Numbered from the whole stretch's first letter, positions 1 to 12,009 are shown. The stretch: DNA of 63,845 bases, filler included, from Pirum gemmata (GCA_002812295.1; 26 parts of 26 records of this genome joined end to end with filler, not necessarily neighbours in it), one strand, 5' to 3'. A program made the numbers and translations. The notes: a model not told the origin generated them from the letters alone.

Positions 1-594
1 TAGGGTTAGGGTTAGGGTTAGGGTTAGGGTTGCTAGGGTTTTTAAAGTTAAATTTAGCAGTATTTAGCTAAGCGTGTAGGGTAGAGGCTGTTAGGGTTTT
101 TTTAAAAGTATTGATAGTATAAAAAGTCTAGGCTTAGTTAGGGTTGGGGTTGGGGTTGGGGTTGGGGTTAGGGTTGAGAGAGGATGGGATCGATTAGAAA
201 TAGTCCAAATTATCATTATGGTTTTAATAGCTGTTTTAATGCTAAGTACAATATGCTAGCTATAGGGGCTAATCGTTATCATATCTATAATATCGTAGTT
301 AATAAGCGTAGTTAGCTCTAGCTTGGTTTAGACTTGGGTTAGGGTGGTTGGTAAAAACTTAGGGTGGTTAGGGCTGGTGGACCCGTGGTGGTTAGGGTAG
401 TGGTTATTATTAGGGTTAGGGTTTGCTAGTTGCTTTCTAAGCGAATAAAATTCCATTATAATAAAAAATAAAAATTATCATTTATTTATAAATAAATAAA
501 TAATAAATAAATGACCATACACACAAAGGTGTCTTTTTTTTTGGAGTCCTTTGATTTGTAAATGATAATTTATACATTTATTTTTATTAACAGT

Positions 595-811
595 CAAGCC
601 GGATAAAACTGTAGAAATCATTTTTTTTTTAAAAAAAACCTTTAATTACAAGTAGCCAAAATGTTTTAAAAAACTAGCCATTGGTTTTAAAAACAAAGTT
701 TTCTTAATTAGACGATTTCTTAATTTTGGTAGTACTTTTAGTTAAATTAGATGATTTTGAGATTTTTGGATTTTGAGCTCTATGGCAATGTAGCCATTTT
801 TACCCGGCTTG
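595..811. mobile_element. MITE-like family F (CAAGCCGGATAAAA termini)
   Basis: Ends CAAGCCGGATAAAA and TTTTACCCGGCTTG are near-perfect inverted repeats. The internal sequence recurs at ~18170-18392, ~24983-25205, ~25933-26140 (rev), ~26600-26735 (rev) and ~39194-39295 (rev). Confidence 0.7.
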
Positions 812-864
812 GTAGTTTTTTTTAAAAAAAAAAAAAAAAAATTCCTAATTTTGGTTTTCATTTT

Positions 865-930
865 AATTTTCAGTTTTCGAACATAAATGATGTAATAGGT
901 ATTAAAATAGGTTTGAAATTTTCAAACTAC
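865..930. repeat. Dispersed repeat family J
   Basis: AATTTTCAGTTTTCGAAC...ATAGGTTTGAAATTT recurs at ~24725-24870 and ~48355-48485; termini not resolved. Confidence 0.55.
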
Positions 931-1057
931 TAGTAAGTTTTTATATTGTTTGCACCATTAGGGAACGCTCATAAAAAGTTGATAAAAAGCTCTCAAAAAC
1001 CAAGCTCGATTTTTTTCATTATTGTTATTGATAGTTTGAAAGGTGTTTGAAACATAA

Positions 1058-1290
1058 AGGGTTAGGGGTTAGGGTTAGGGTTAGGGTTAGGGTTAGGGTT
1101 AGGGTTAGGGTTAGGGTTAGGGTTAGGGTTNNNNNNNNNNNNNNNNNNNNNNNNNNNNNNNNNNNNNNNNNNNNNNNNNNAGGGTTAGGGTTAGGGTTAG
1201 GGTTAAGGTTAGGGTTAAGGTTAGGGTTAGGGTTAGGGTTAGGGTTAGGGTTAAGGTTAGGGTTAGGGTTAGGGTTAGGGTTAGGGTTAG
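1058..1290. repeat. Interstitial (TTAGGG)n tract with TTAAGG variants and an internal N gap
   Basis: Seen directly, with unique DNA on both sides. Similar tracts at ~1-30, 3675-3980, 6945-6968, 11828-11983, 12202-12227, 14040-14246, 15000-15095, 26815-26879, 29714-29783, 30391-30665, 34633-34790, 35928-35998, 39595-39740, 41778-41828 and 51613-51911. Confidence 0.95.
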
Positions 1291-1555
1291 TACAAAAATA
1301 ATTCAAAAAATAGAAAAATAAAAAATCAAGCTCAAACTAAAAATATGTATAATATATATTTCGAGTATTTTTCGAACTAAAAAAATAAAATAAAAATTTA
1401 TGAACTCTAAAACCATTAATAGGTCCATTATTTACCAAATACCATATATGAGTATTGTTGGTAGATTTACCATTTACCATATTTGTTAACTTTATGACTT
1501 ATTTAGAAATACAATTTTTTGCGCAAAAAAAAATATTATGATATTATGTTAGAGC

Positions 1556-1793
1556 AGTAGGGGTGAGATGACGTCATTTTATTATTACCGAACAGCTGCC
1601 GGAATTTTTCCGATTAAAAATTTTATGGTTTTATTACTATTAATGTTAATATTGTTACTTAAATTGGTATCTACTATAATTATATTTACTATTTTAAACT
1701 ATTTAACTGCTATTATTAGTAAGAAACACGGAACTAAGGTTGGCTCGATAAGCATCTGTTTGAAAAAGTTCCAGTAGATATCTCACCCCTACT
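1556..1793. mobile_element. MITE family A (TIR AGTAGGGGTGAGAT), ~8-bp TSD
   Basis: Perfect 14-bp TIR; flanks gTTAGAGC/aTTAGAGC. Other copies at 42963-43146, 48500-48730 and a partial copy at 37021-37112. Confidence 0.85.
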
Positions 1794-1885
1794 ATTAGAG
1801 CTCGGGACTCTTATCATAATAATATTTTATAAATAATATTATGATAAATTTTGAAAGTTATTGAAATAATTGAACCCATTACCCT

Positions 1886-2265
1886 GGTTATGGTTACTTT
1901 TATTATGATTACGGTAGTGTTATGGATATATGGTTGTATTGTTATGGTTGTATTGTTATGGTGAGTGTGAGGGAAATGACGTTATGGTTATGGTTAATGG
2001 TTAATGGTCATGGTTATGGTTATGGTTATGGTTGACTGTTATGGTTATGGTTGTATTGTTGGTGAGCGTGAGGGCAATGATGTTATGGCTATAGTTATGG
2101 TACTGTTATATGGTTATGGTTATGGTTATGGTTATGGTTATGGTTATGGTTATGGTTATGGTTATGGTTATTGTAATGGTAATGTTATGGTTATATATGG
2201 TTATGGTTATGGTTATGGTTATGGTTATTGTTATGGTTATGGTTATGGTTATGGTTATAGTTATG
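1886..2265. repeat. (GGTTAT)n hexamer microsatellite, degenerate at its 5' end
   Basis: Seen directly; source of the spurious MVMV/GYGY ORFs. Confidence 0.9.
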
Positions 2266-2365
2266 NNNNNNNNNNNNNNNNNNNNNNNNNNNNNNNNNNN
2301 NNNNNNNNNTTAATTAATTAANNNNNNNNNNNNNNNNNNNNNNNNNNNNNNNNNNNNNNNNNNNN
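2266..2365. other. Artificial contig-concatenation linker (N-TTAATTAATTAA-N), first of 25
   Basis: Identical six-frame-stop spacer with cores at 2310, 4666, 7013, 9386, 11772, 14944, 17350, 19720, 22133, 24546, 26924, 29338, 32211, 34577, 36965, 39377, 41722, 44108, 46460, 49592, 51956, 54340, 56720, 59106 and 61518. Confidence 0.98.
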
Positions 2366-2600
2366 ACAAGAACAAGAACAAGAACAAGAACAAACAAACA
2401 AATAAATAAATAAACAAACAAACAAACAAACAAACAAACAAACAAACAAACAAACAAAACAAACAAAACAAACAAACAAAACAAACAAACAAACAAAAAC
2501 AAACAAAACAAACAAACAAACAAACAAACAAAACAAAACAAAACAAGCAAACAAGCAAATAAGCAAGCAAATAACATAGTTAAAATGAACAATAATAAAC

Positions 2601-4569
2601 CTTTCTTTCAGTACTTATATTCATATCAATTTTTAATTCATCGGACCAACGTTTTCTCTTTCTACTCTTAACTGAACCATCAGCCTTACGTTTGTCAGAG
2701 GATGCCCAAGAATATATTGATGCTAATTCTTCTTCGTCGCTAACACTTTCTTTGACGTCATTAGGTACCTTCGTCATATCCAGATCTGAGTCTTCCTCCT
2801 CCAACTCTTCAAAAAAGTTGTCCTTTTTCTTTTTAACTTTAGGTTTTCGTTCGGATTTTTTTTGTTGTAATAATCTTTCAATGGCATCTTCACTGTCATC
2901 ATCTTCTTCATTATATTGGTCTTCGTTTTTATGTTGTTTGCGGTCAGTTCGGTTCCTGCTGCTGTTGTTGTTGTTGTTGTTGTTGTTCGTATTGGTCTTT
3001 CTTTTATTTTTCTTTTTGTTTTGGGTGTTATCATCGTTATTAACATTGTCATTTTTATTGCTATTGTTATTATTGTTATCGTCGTCATTGTTATTATCAT
3101 TTTCCTTTTTTGTTTTATTGTTACTGTCATTGTCATTGTCATTGTCATTGTCATTGTCATTTTCATTGTCATTGTCATTGTCATTGTCATTGTCATTGTC
3201 ATTGTCATTGTCATTTTTTCTATCAGTAGCTTTGTCCACACTACTTGTTGTTGCTGCTTTTGTTGTTGTGGTTAATGTTTCAGTTTGTGCTGTTGTTGAA
3301 GAAGAAGTTGTTGTTGCTGGGTAAGTAGTATCAGTGACAGTGTGGTCATCATTTTCCATACTTTTGTGCTCCTTTTCATTATCATCTTTCTTGTGTTTTT
3401 CACTTGTACCCTCTGCTTTAAAACTGAATTCAACAAGATCACCATCGCCATCATCATCATCAAGCTCTAGTATTTAAATTAAGACAGGGGAGGAAGGGCA
3501 TAGGGGGGCAAAGTTAAAGTTAATAATACTAATAATATGATAACAATTGGGAGAGGTTCTCATCTCCAACACAATGACCACGAAATAGACAAATGTTAAG
3601 TTATTCTTGGTTTTCTCCTTCCCTTTTCCGCTGTTTTCTTTACATTGCTGTAAAAAAGAATACAAGACAAGGGTAACACTAACCTTACCTTAACCTTAAC
3701 CCTACCTAATCCTAACCCTAACCATAGCTAAAACCTAATCCTGACACTAACCTTAACCTTAACCCTAAACAATAACCTTAACCTTAACCCTAGACCTAGA
3801 ACCTAAACCCTAACCCTAAACCCAAACCCTAAACCCAAACCTTAAACCCAAACTCTTTTAACCCCAACTTTAAAACTAAAACTAACCCTAACCTTAACCC
3901 TAACCTTAACCTTAACCCTAACCCTAACCTTAACCCTAAACCTCTTAATCCCAGTCTTAACCTTAACCCCTTCAACCTAATCTTACAATATATCTTTTTA
4001 ACAAAAGGTTGTTAGTAAATATAGTGACAAGATTTGTGATTGGTAGTAATTAAGAAATTAGAATTTAAATTAGGTTAAGAAGTAGGGTTAGATAGAATCC
4101 ATAAATAAAATACCTGTGTTGTCTGTATTATTCTTTTTCTTTTCTTTGTTTAAATTTGCGGGGGTCGTAGTTGCTATATTTTCGCTACTACAACTATCAT
4201 TATAATTTTTTTTACATTCTTTATCATCGCTATTATTACTATTATCATCATCGTTGTTAATGTTTTTATTATCATTATTCTCACTATTATCATCATCATT
4301 TTTATTATTGTTGTTGTTATTGTTCTTATTGTTCTTATTGTTATGTTTATTATTAGTATGACTATTATCATTACTTTCTTTGTTAATCAAAGTTTCTGTA
4401 TCAATATCAAATAACAAATCATCGATTGGGTCATCTCCAAAAGTGTCGACATCAAAACTCCCATCGTTTTCATTAATAGTATTGGTACTTTCAATGGTAC
4501 TAGATCCATGGACAGATAAATTCTCTTTATATTGAGAATCAACTATTTCAATAAGAGAGCCCCTGTTAT
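2601..4569 (-). CDS. Two internal exons (4569-4114, 3466-2601) of an unknown acidic/basic low-complexity protein
   Basis: GT donor at 4113 and AG acceptor at 3468-3467 join in phase (..DNT E LDDDDG..); next donor at 2600. Long open N/D/T-rich frames with NLS-like KSRKRKR; no domain recognised. Confidence 0.7.
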
Positions 4570-4582
4570 CTATCAAATTATG

Positions 4583-4621
<39 letters not shown>

Positions 4622-4962
4622 NNNNNNNNNNNNNNNNNNNNNNNNNNNNNNNNNNNNNNNNNNNNTTAATTAATTAANNNNNNNNNNNNNNNNNNNNNNN
4701 NNNNNNNNNNNNNNNNNNNNNAACAAACAAAACAAACAAAACAAACAAAACAAACAAAACAAAACAAACAAACCAAACCAAAAAAAACAAACAAAACAAA
4801 CAAAACAAACAAAACAAACAAAACAAACAAAACAAACAAAACAAACAAAACAAAACAAACAAACCAAACCAAATAAAACAAACAAAACAAACAAAACAAC
4901 AAAATCATAAAAATAACTACAAATATAAATTACTTACTTAAATTTTAAATTATTATATGTAG

Positions 4963-5144
4963 GTTTTTATGCAAACCAATATGGGTATTACATTGGTATA
5001 ATCGACATTTTACAAGAATATAGAAAAAGGAAAAAAATGGAATCCTTTGTAAAAAATAGTATTATGAACCAAGACGCTAGTAGTATCAATCCTCAAAAAT
5101 ATAAAGCAAGATTTGATATGTATATGAATGAAGTTTTCCAATAG
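4963..5144 (+). CDS. PIP5K: Terminal exon of a phosphatidylinositol-phosphate kinase (PIP5K family, type I-like)
   Basis: After a TAG acceptor: FYANQYGYYIGIIDILQEYRKRKKMESFVK...INPQKYKARFDMYMNEVFQ*. Matches the GIIDILQxY and PxxYxxRF motifs of the PIPK C-terminus; the activation loop has Glu (KKME) as in type I enzymes. Missing from the ORF track. Confidence 0.92.
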
Positions 5145-6885
5145 CCCACACCCCGGTTCTTACCGGAGGGCAGGAATTTATAAATCAAAAGCGCAGGGAT
5201 GCATATTTATACCCAGTGGAGGGCAGGGATTTATAACTAAAAAGCGCAGGGATGCATATTTTGTAATGTAAATTAACAAAAATATACAGGCATTGATAAA
5301 AAATGCCGGATTCATTCACTCCTAAAAATATACAGGCATTGATAAAAAATGCCGGATTCATTCACTCCTGCACTCATTCCTCAAAAATATAAATGTACAT
5401 GAACGAAGTTTTCCAATAGCCCACACCCCGGTTCTTACCGGAGAGCAGGAATCTATAAGTCAAAAGCGCAGGTATGCATATTTATACCCAGCGGAGGGCA
5501 GGGATTTATAAATAAAAAGCACAGGGATGCATAATTTGTAATGTAAATTAACAAAAATATACAGGCATTGATAAAAAATGCCGGATCCATTCACTCCTGC
5601 ACTCATTCCTCAAAATTATAAAGCAAGATTTGATATGTACATGAATGAAGTTTTCCAATAGTCCACACACCGGTTCTTGCCGGGGGGTAACGATTTATAA
5701 ATTAAAAGCGCAGGGATTCATGAAATCACTATGAACCAAGACGCGAGTAGTATCAATCCTCTAAACTATAAAGCAAGTTCTAATAATCCACACCACGGCT
5801 CCCATCGGAGGGCAAGTATTTATAAATGAAAAACGCAGGGATTCATATTTTGTAATGTAAATTAACAAAAATATACAGGTATTGATAAAAAAATGCCGGA
5901 CTCATTCATCCCTGCACTCATTTCTCAAAAATATAAAGTAAGATTCGATATATGTACATGAATGTACTTTTCCAACACCCAGTGTCCCACACCCACCCCG
6001 ATTCTAACCGAAGGGTAATAATTTACAAATTAAAAGCGCAGGGATTCATATTATGCAATATGAAATCTTTATGCACCAAGACGCGAGTAGCATCAATCCT
6101 ATAAACTATAAAGCAAGATTTTGATATGTACATATATAAATGAAGTTTTCTAATAACCTATACCACGGTTCCCACGGGAGGGCAGGTATTTATAATTAAT
6201 TTACAAATTAAAAGCGCAGGGATTCATATTATGCAATATGAAATCTTTATGAACCAAGACGCGAGTAGCATCAATCCTATAAACTATAAAGCAAGATTTT
6301 GATATGTACATATATAAATGAAGTTTTCTAATAACCTATACCACGGTTCCCACGGGAGGGCAGGTATTTATAATTAATNGTTCCCACGGGAGGGCAGGTA
6401 TTTATAATTAATTTACAAATTAAAAGCGCAGGGATTCATATTATGCAATATGAAATCTTTATGAACCAAGACGCGAGTAGCATCAATCCTACAAACTATA
6501 AAGCAAGATTTTGATATGTACATATATAAATAAAGTTTTCTAATAACCTATACCACGGTTCCCACGGGAGGGCAGGTATTTATAAATGAAAAACGCAGGG
6601 ATTCATATTTTATAATGTAAATTAACAAACATATACAGGTATTGATAAAAAATGCCGAACTTATTCCTTAAAAATGTAAAGTTAAGATTTGATGAAGTTT
6701 TCCAATAACCATACCCCCCCCCCATCCCCACTCGAAAGCAAAAATTGATAAATTGATATGTAAATTAAAAGCGCAGGGATTGTAATATTTATAAATATAA
6801 AAACATGTATACAGATGTCGATCGACATTGACAAAAAGGCTGCTGGACTCCTTCCTCGAAAATATAAAGATAGATTTGATGATGA
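5145..6885 (+). repeat. Complex tandem array built from the PIP5K 3' coding end and 3' flank
   Basis: Modules AACCAAGACGCGAGTAGyATCAATCCT, TATAAAGCAAGATTT..GAAGTTTTCyAATA and AAAAGCGCAGGGAT repeat in shuffled order; near-identical ~180-bp units at ~6020-6560. Confidence 0.85.
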
Positions 6886-7387
6886 CAGGGTTAAGGTTTG
6901 AGTTAGGGAAAGTGTTGGAAAAGGGTTAGAGTTTAGGGCTAGCTAGGGTTAGGGTTAGGGTTAGGGTTNNNNNNNNNNNNNNNNNNNNNNNNNNNNNNNN
7001 NNNNNNNNNNNNTTAATTAATTAANNNNNNNNNNNNNNNNNNNNNNNNNNNNNNNNNNNNNNNNNNNNTTATAATTTGGTAAGCTTATTTCAGTTTTTGA
7101 ACTGGACAACACTATTGCAAAAACACGATAGTACATGTGTACAAAGATGGCCTGTTAATTAATTCGTACTAGACCTGGTAGCTCCCACATATATACTATA
7201 ATATTATAGACCCTATGTGAAATCAATATATTTTAATTAAAACAGTTATGTTAATTAACTAATTATTGTTGCTGTTGTGGAGACTAGCTATTGTAGCTAG
7301 ACCCTGTAGTCCTATGATAATACTAGTACTATAATATATATATAATATTATACTATATACTACCCATATCATTATTAACGTATATAT

Positions 7388-7420
7388 GGAACCAGATTTG
7401 GGTCTTTCGGCCCTTGGTCT
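7388..7420 (+). repeat. 33-bp conserved hairpin-containing element in (TA)n
   Basis: GGAACCAGATTTGGGTCTTTCGGCCCTTGGTCT; copies at 43862-43894 (rev) and 63180-63212, partial copy ~27216-27238. Confidence 0.8.
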
Positions 7421-7459
7421 ATATATGAATATACCACAATTTTCGAATTCTGGAATATA

Positions 7460-7646
7460 TATGGTGGTGCTGATGTAGGTGGTGCTGATGTAGGTGGTGG
7501 TGGTGGTGATGTGGTTGGTAGTGGTAGTGGTGGTGATGTAGGTGGTAGTGGTAGTGGTGGTGATGTAGGTGGTAGTGATAGTGGTGGTGATGTAGGTGGT
7601 AGTGGTAGTGGTGGTGATGTAGGTGGTAGTAGTGGTGGTGGTGATG
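7460..7646. repeat. GGT-rich ~27-bp minisatellite
   Basis: GGTGGTGATGTAGGTGGTAGTGGTAGT-like unit in tandem. Confidence 0.8.
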
Positions 7647-7888
7647 CATATATATCGTGTTTTTCAAAAACTGAAATAAACGTACTAAATTTATGGTTAA
7701 TTAAAAACTATCAGACATGTTTTAGTTAATTTGGTATTTTATACTTAATGTTGTATTTTATAAAAAAGTTCAATTATACACTTAAACAATAACTATAATA
7801 TACAGATATATTTATAATATTTATATAAATGTCATACTCTAAATAATAATAGTAATAATAAATACTGTAATGAATAAATAAAATAATA

Positions 7889-7926
<38 letters not shown>

Positions 7927-8457
7927 TAAAAACTAGTAGTCGTCTACGATAGGCTAGCATTGAAAAAAAATATGATAAATAGTCTACAGCAAGGATTACT
8001 GTCCGCTTACAGCAGGATTATATATCTGAGAGGATTATATTATGATAGCTCAGAATCTCAGATTATATGAGACTGTCAAGTAGACTAGTCTACCAACCAG
8101 TTATAATCCAGTATAGTATTAATACAGCCTAGTCTGACTGTAAAGGGTCAATGATTCGTGGCAATGAAGGCTAGTCTAGGATCTATCTAGACTTTAATTC
8201 GTGAATTCCTGAAATTAGGATTGGATTATACTGGATTTGTTGTCAAATTGTCAAATTGTTGATTGGAATTTTTCTTGGAATCATGTGATTTGATAAAACA
8301 TGATTTACTCTTGGTGATTTTAGGTGATTTACCTGATTTACAGGTGATTTACAAATTTTACTTTTTAATTTTACTCAGAATAGACCTATCTAATCTCTAA
8401 TCATCAAACGTTTTATAAAAACACTGCCGTCTGGTTTGTTGGAACAGGAATTTCGAG

Positions 8458-8590
8458 TCCCAGACTTCTAGAAGTTCTAGACTTCTAGTTGTCCATCTGA
8501 GACTCTTATTAGCCTAGAATTTAGACCCAGACTTCTAGAAGTTCTAGACTTCTAGTAGTCCATCTAAGACTCTTATTAGTCTAGACTTGA
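8458..8590. repeat. ~69-bp direct tandem duplication
   Basis: CCCAGACTTCTAGAAGTTCTAGACTTCTAG...GACTCTTATTAG occurs twice head-to-tail. Confidence 0.8.
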
Positions 8591-8704
8591 GACTTCAGAG
8601 TTCAGACCAGCTATTTTTAGGAGCTAGGATCCATATATGGTAGTCTATGTATGATTAGCATTGATTGATTACCGGTCTAGCCACTTAGTAGCCAGGAATA
8701 CCGG

Positions 8705-8980
8705 TATGGTGCAATGAGATTATAAAGCGCCAACTTTGGAAAAAACGGCCCAATTTTTGCCGGATACTTGAAAATTCGAATATAAGTATTAATTAGGTTT
8801 CAAAATTCGATATTCAGCTCGAACATGTTGATTATTATTATCAGCTCGAAAATGTTTAAAAACATATGTTCAAACATATCAAGGTTAAAATTTTTGTTTA
8901 GGGATTATTCGTCGAGAAATTTGAAAATGTTTCCAAAAATGACCCAAAAGTTGGAAGTTTGTAATCTCATCACACCGTAT
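8705..8980. mobile_element. Putative MITE with imperfect ~23-bp TIR
   Basis: GTATGGTGCAATGAGATTATAAA versus the reverse complement of the right end, ATACGGTGTGATGAGATTACAAA; single copy in this window. Confidence 0.45.
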
Positions 8981-9501
8981 TATCGTTAGACTAATAAAAA
9001 TAAATAAATAAACATAAATAATAGTCTATGATAAATAAAAAAGTTCATAGTTAGACTAGCTTGAGGTAATTCTCGGAAACAAAAAAAAAACAATAATAAT
9101 AAGTTAGAAGCTAATCAAGCTAGAGCTTTTTTTAAAAAAAAACAAGCAAACTTTGTTATTGAATTATCTTCATAGCATCATTATTACAGTATTATTACGC
9201 ATTCTATAAGTATTTACATTTTGTGTTACTTTAAAAGCCTACAAAAGCCAAACAGTTGTTTTGTCATTATAAAGTATACAATAAATAGTACCAAATTAAT
9301 ACAATATAAATCCATTTAATTTAATTTTGCTATATTTCATTNNNNNNNNNNNNNNNNNNNNNNNNNNNNNNNNNNNNNNNNNNNNTTAATTAATTAANNN
9401 NNNNNNNNNNNNNNNNNNNNNNNNNNNNNNNNNNNNNNNNNTATGTATGTATGTATGTATGTATGTATGTGTGTGTATGTATGTATGTATGTATGTATGT
9501 A

Positions 9502-9573
<72 letters not shown>

Positions 9574-9602
9574 TTTTTTTGTAGTTTCAATTTTTTAATA
9601 AT

Positions 9603-11237
9603 ATGCGTAATTCCGTGATTCCTGGGGGCAGAACAATGAGTGGGCAACGTGCTTGCTTTACACCCCCGCCGAGATTAAATATCATTACTGCAAACAATAA
9701 TTTTCGTTTACAAATACTAAGGAAACAGCTACAACAACAACAACAACAACAACAACAGCAGCAGCCAAATAATTCATATACATCCCTATTACATTCTTCA
9801 CCCCCAGAAGCATCACCCACCTTCACATCATTGTCAACAATGACATTTTCCACCTCTTCAGAGAATCAAAAAACACAACAACAACAGCAACTTAAAACAA
9901 AATACCGTGAACACTATGAACAACAAACACACCACCAGCAACCACCAGCACCATCAACACCAGCACCAGCACCAGCACAAACACAAACACAAACAAAAAC
10001 AAAAACACCATTACAAACACAAACACAAACACAAACATACGATAGCTTAAACTTGACCAAAAGAAGAAGTTTTAGTTTAAAAATCAATACTAAAAAAAAA
10101 ATTGAACATAGAAAATCGGAAGATTTAGAATATATCAATGAAGATACCTTATTCACTCAAATTGAAAGTTCAATGAACCCCCCAAAAACCCAACATTATT
10201 CAAACTATGTAAATAAACGAAATAGTATGCCAGTAAATTTCGATTTATTACTTCAGCAACAACTTGAAGAACAATTTGCTCTAAATGAAGATGAACAAGT
10301 AAAATGCGAACTCAAAAATGAAACACAAGATGGCAGTTATAAAACACCAAGAATAGTGTTTGGGAACAAGTACGTAGTACAAAAGGAAGATGCAAGTGTA
10401 TTTTTATTACACGATGACTTAAGTTTCCTTTTAGAAAATGGCAATAACCATAACAATAATTGTAATCACAATCATAACAATAATAGTAATAATAATAGTA
10501 ATAGTATACTTAATAGTAATAGTAATAGTAATAATAATAATAATAGTAATGATAATAATAATAATAATAGTAGTAGTAAAATTAGCGATAGTAATAATAA
10601 TAATGATCATCTCAATAAGTCTCTTAAAATTAACGACATAACTGGTAGTCGTTGGTTCACGGTCACCAATTCTAACTGTAAAAACAAAAGAAAGTTGGTA
10701 GATTGGAATGGCGATGCAGTTAGTTTCTGTGTTCATAACCACAAAAGTTTTTCTTTTCTGAACGAACATTACGTCAAAGATCAAAACAATAAACGCATAG
10801 CTGTAATTAAGAAAAAACAAGTTTTGAAAAAAGATTGTCAAAGTAAATTGAATCTCGTAGTTTTTTTGGAATCACCTATTCGAAAACCAATCTTATACAT
10901 TACCGGATCCTTCTCCGAAAAGACATTTGATCTCCGTTGTATTGAAAATAATGAAATAGTGGCGAAATCTTTTAAAGGTATCCCTCAAACAACTAAACAT
11001 GGACATGCAGTTGATTGTAATACTAATGAAATGTACGGTGTGAAAATAAATGTAGGTTGGGATGCTGGGTTTATATTGAGCTTGATTTTAAGTGTGGATT
11101 ATATGTATAGGAAAAAGAAAGGTGTTTGCTGCAATACTTGTGTTGTCAATGTTGACAAGAATATTACTGATAATGATAACAAAACTTCACCATCTTTAGA
11201 ATATGATCATAACGACAGGGTCAATGTTGCAAACTAG
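9603..11237 (+). CDS. LURP-one-related (LOR, tubby/scramblase-like fold) protein with Q/T/N-rich N-terminal half
   Basis: 544-aa intronless ORF. C-terminal LKINDITGSRWFTV..KLVDWNGDAV..ITGSFSEKTFDL..IVAK..YGVKINVGWDAGFILSLILSVDYM follows the LOR-family motif order. Confidence 0.8.
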   Translation: MRNSVIPGGRTMSGQRACFTPPPRLNIITANNNFRLQILRKQLQQQQQQQQQQQPNNSYTSLLHSSPPEASPTFTSLSTMTFSTSSENQKTQQQQQLKTKYREHYEQQTHHQQPPAPSTPAPAPAQTQTQTKTKTPLQTQTQTQTYDSLNLTKRRSFSLKINTKKKIEHRKSEDLEYINEDTLFTQIESSMNPPKTQHYSNYVNKRNSMPVNFDLLLQQQLEEQFALNEDEQVKCELKNETQDGSYKTPRIVFGNKYVVQKEDASVFLLHDDLSFLLENGNNHNNNCNHNHNNNSNNNSNSILNSNSNSNNNNNSNDNNNNNSSSKISDSNNNNDHLNKSLKINDITGSRWFTVTNSNCKNKRKLVDWNGDAVSFCVHNHKSFSFLNEHYVKDQNNKRIAVIKKKQVLKKDCQSKLNLVVFLESPIRKPILYITGSFSEKTFDLRCIENNEIVAKSFKGIPQTTKHGHAVDCNTNEMYGVKINVGWDAGFILSLILSVDYMYRKKKGVCCNTCVVNVDKNITDNDNKTSPSLEYDHNDRVNVAN

Positions 11238-12009
11238 CCGGGATAAAAAGGGGAGACGTTTGAAAAAAATCTACATCTACTTGTAAATAATGAATGATAT
11301 ATAATAACTATAATTATTGTATTAACAAACACTATTTATCATTTATATGGCAAATAAATTTGGAGGAAAAAATATTTAATAAAGAAATTTCAATTACGAA
11401 ATTTGAACTTAGTGAATAAATGATAAAAAAATAAATTATATAGTAATTACGTGAATTTCATATGTATATATGGACTATTTAGTAATGTTAGCATTTATTA
11501 AAATAATAATTTAATCAGTAAAAGTATTAGTAATAAAAATAGTAATAGCAATAGTAATAGTAATAGTAATAGTAATAGTAATAGTAATAGTAATAGTAAT
11601 AGCAATAGTAATAGTAACCTTTTTTTACGCTGGAGTAGGCCGTAATCAAATTAATAATAACCCGATAAAGGTAAGTTATATTATTATTATTGTTGTTATT
11701 ATTATCATTATAAAATTATTGTTATTANNNNNNNNNNNNNNNNNNNNNNNNNNNNNNNNNNNNNNNNNNNNTTAATTAATTAANNNNNNNNNNNNNNNNN
11801 NNNNNNNNNNNNNNNNNNNNNNNNNNNTAACCCTAACCCTAACCCTAACCCTAACCCTAACCCCTGACTACTTACCTTTTACCCTTACCCTTTCATCCCT
11901 GACCCTAAACTAAACCCTAAAACTAAACCCTAAACTAGACCCTAAAGCTAAACCCTAACCTGAACCCTAACCCAAACCCTAACATCTTATTGTTTTAAAA
12001 TAAATATAG

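Noticed and set aside
2310..2321. Periodic TTAATTAATTAA motif as a biological repeat or CRISPR-like array
   Set aside because: Always centred in N padding; a synthetic six-frame-stop linker.
1025..2592. NPNP, VRVR, GYGY, MVMV and FVCL ORFs, and similar ones at 14467, 33674, 42406, 59529 and 60625-63158
   Set aside because: Translations of microsatellites, often running into N gaps.
5145..6885. CRISPR-like repeat/spacer array
   Set aside because: The intervening segments are themselves repeated and derive from the PIP5K 3' end; no cas genes; eukaryotic context.
7419..7729. His-rich or Gly-rich proteins
   Set aside because: Both frames come from a GGT minisatellite lying between dispersed repeats, with no splice or domain support.
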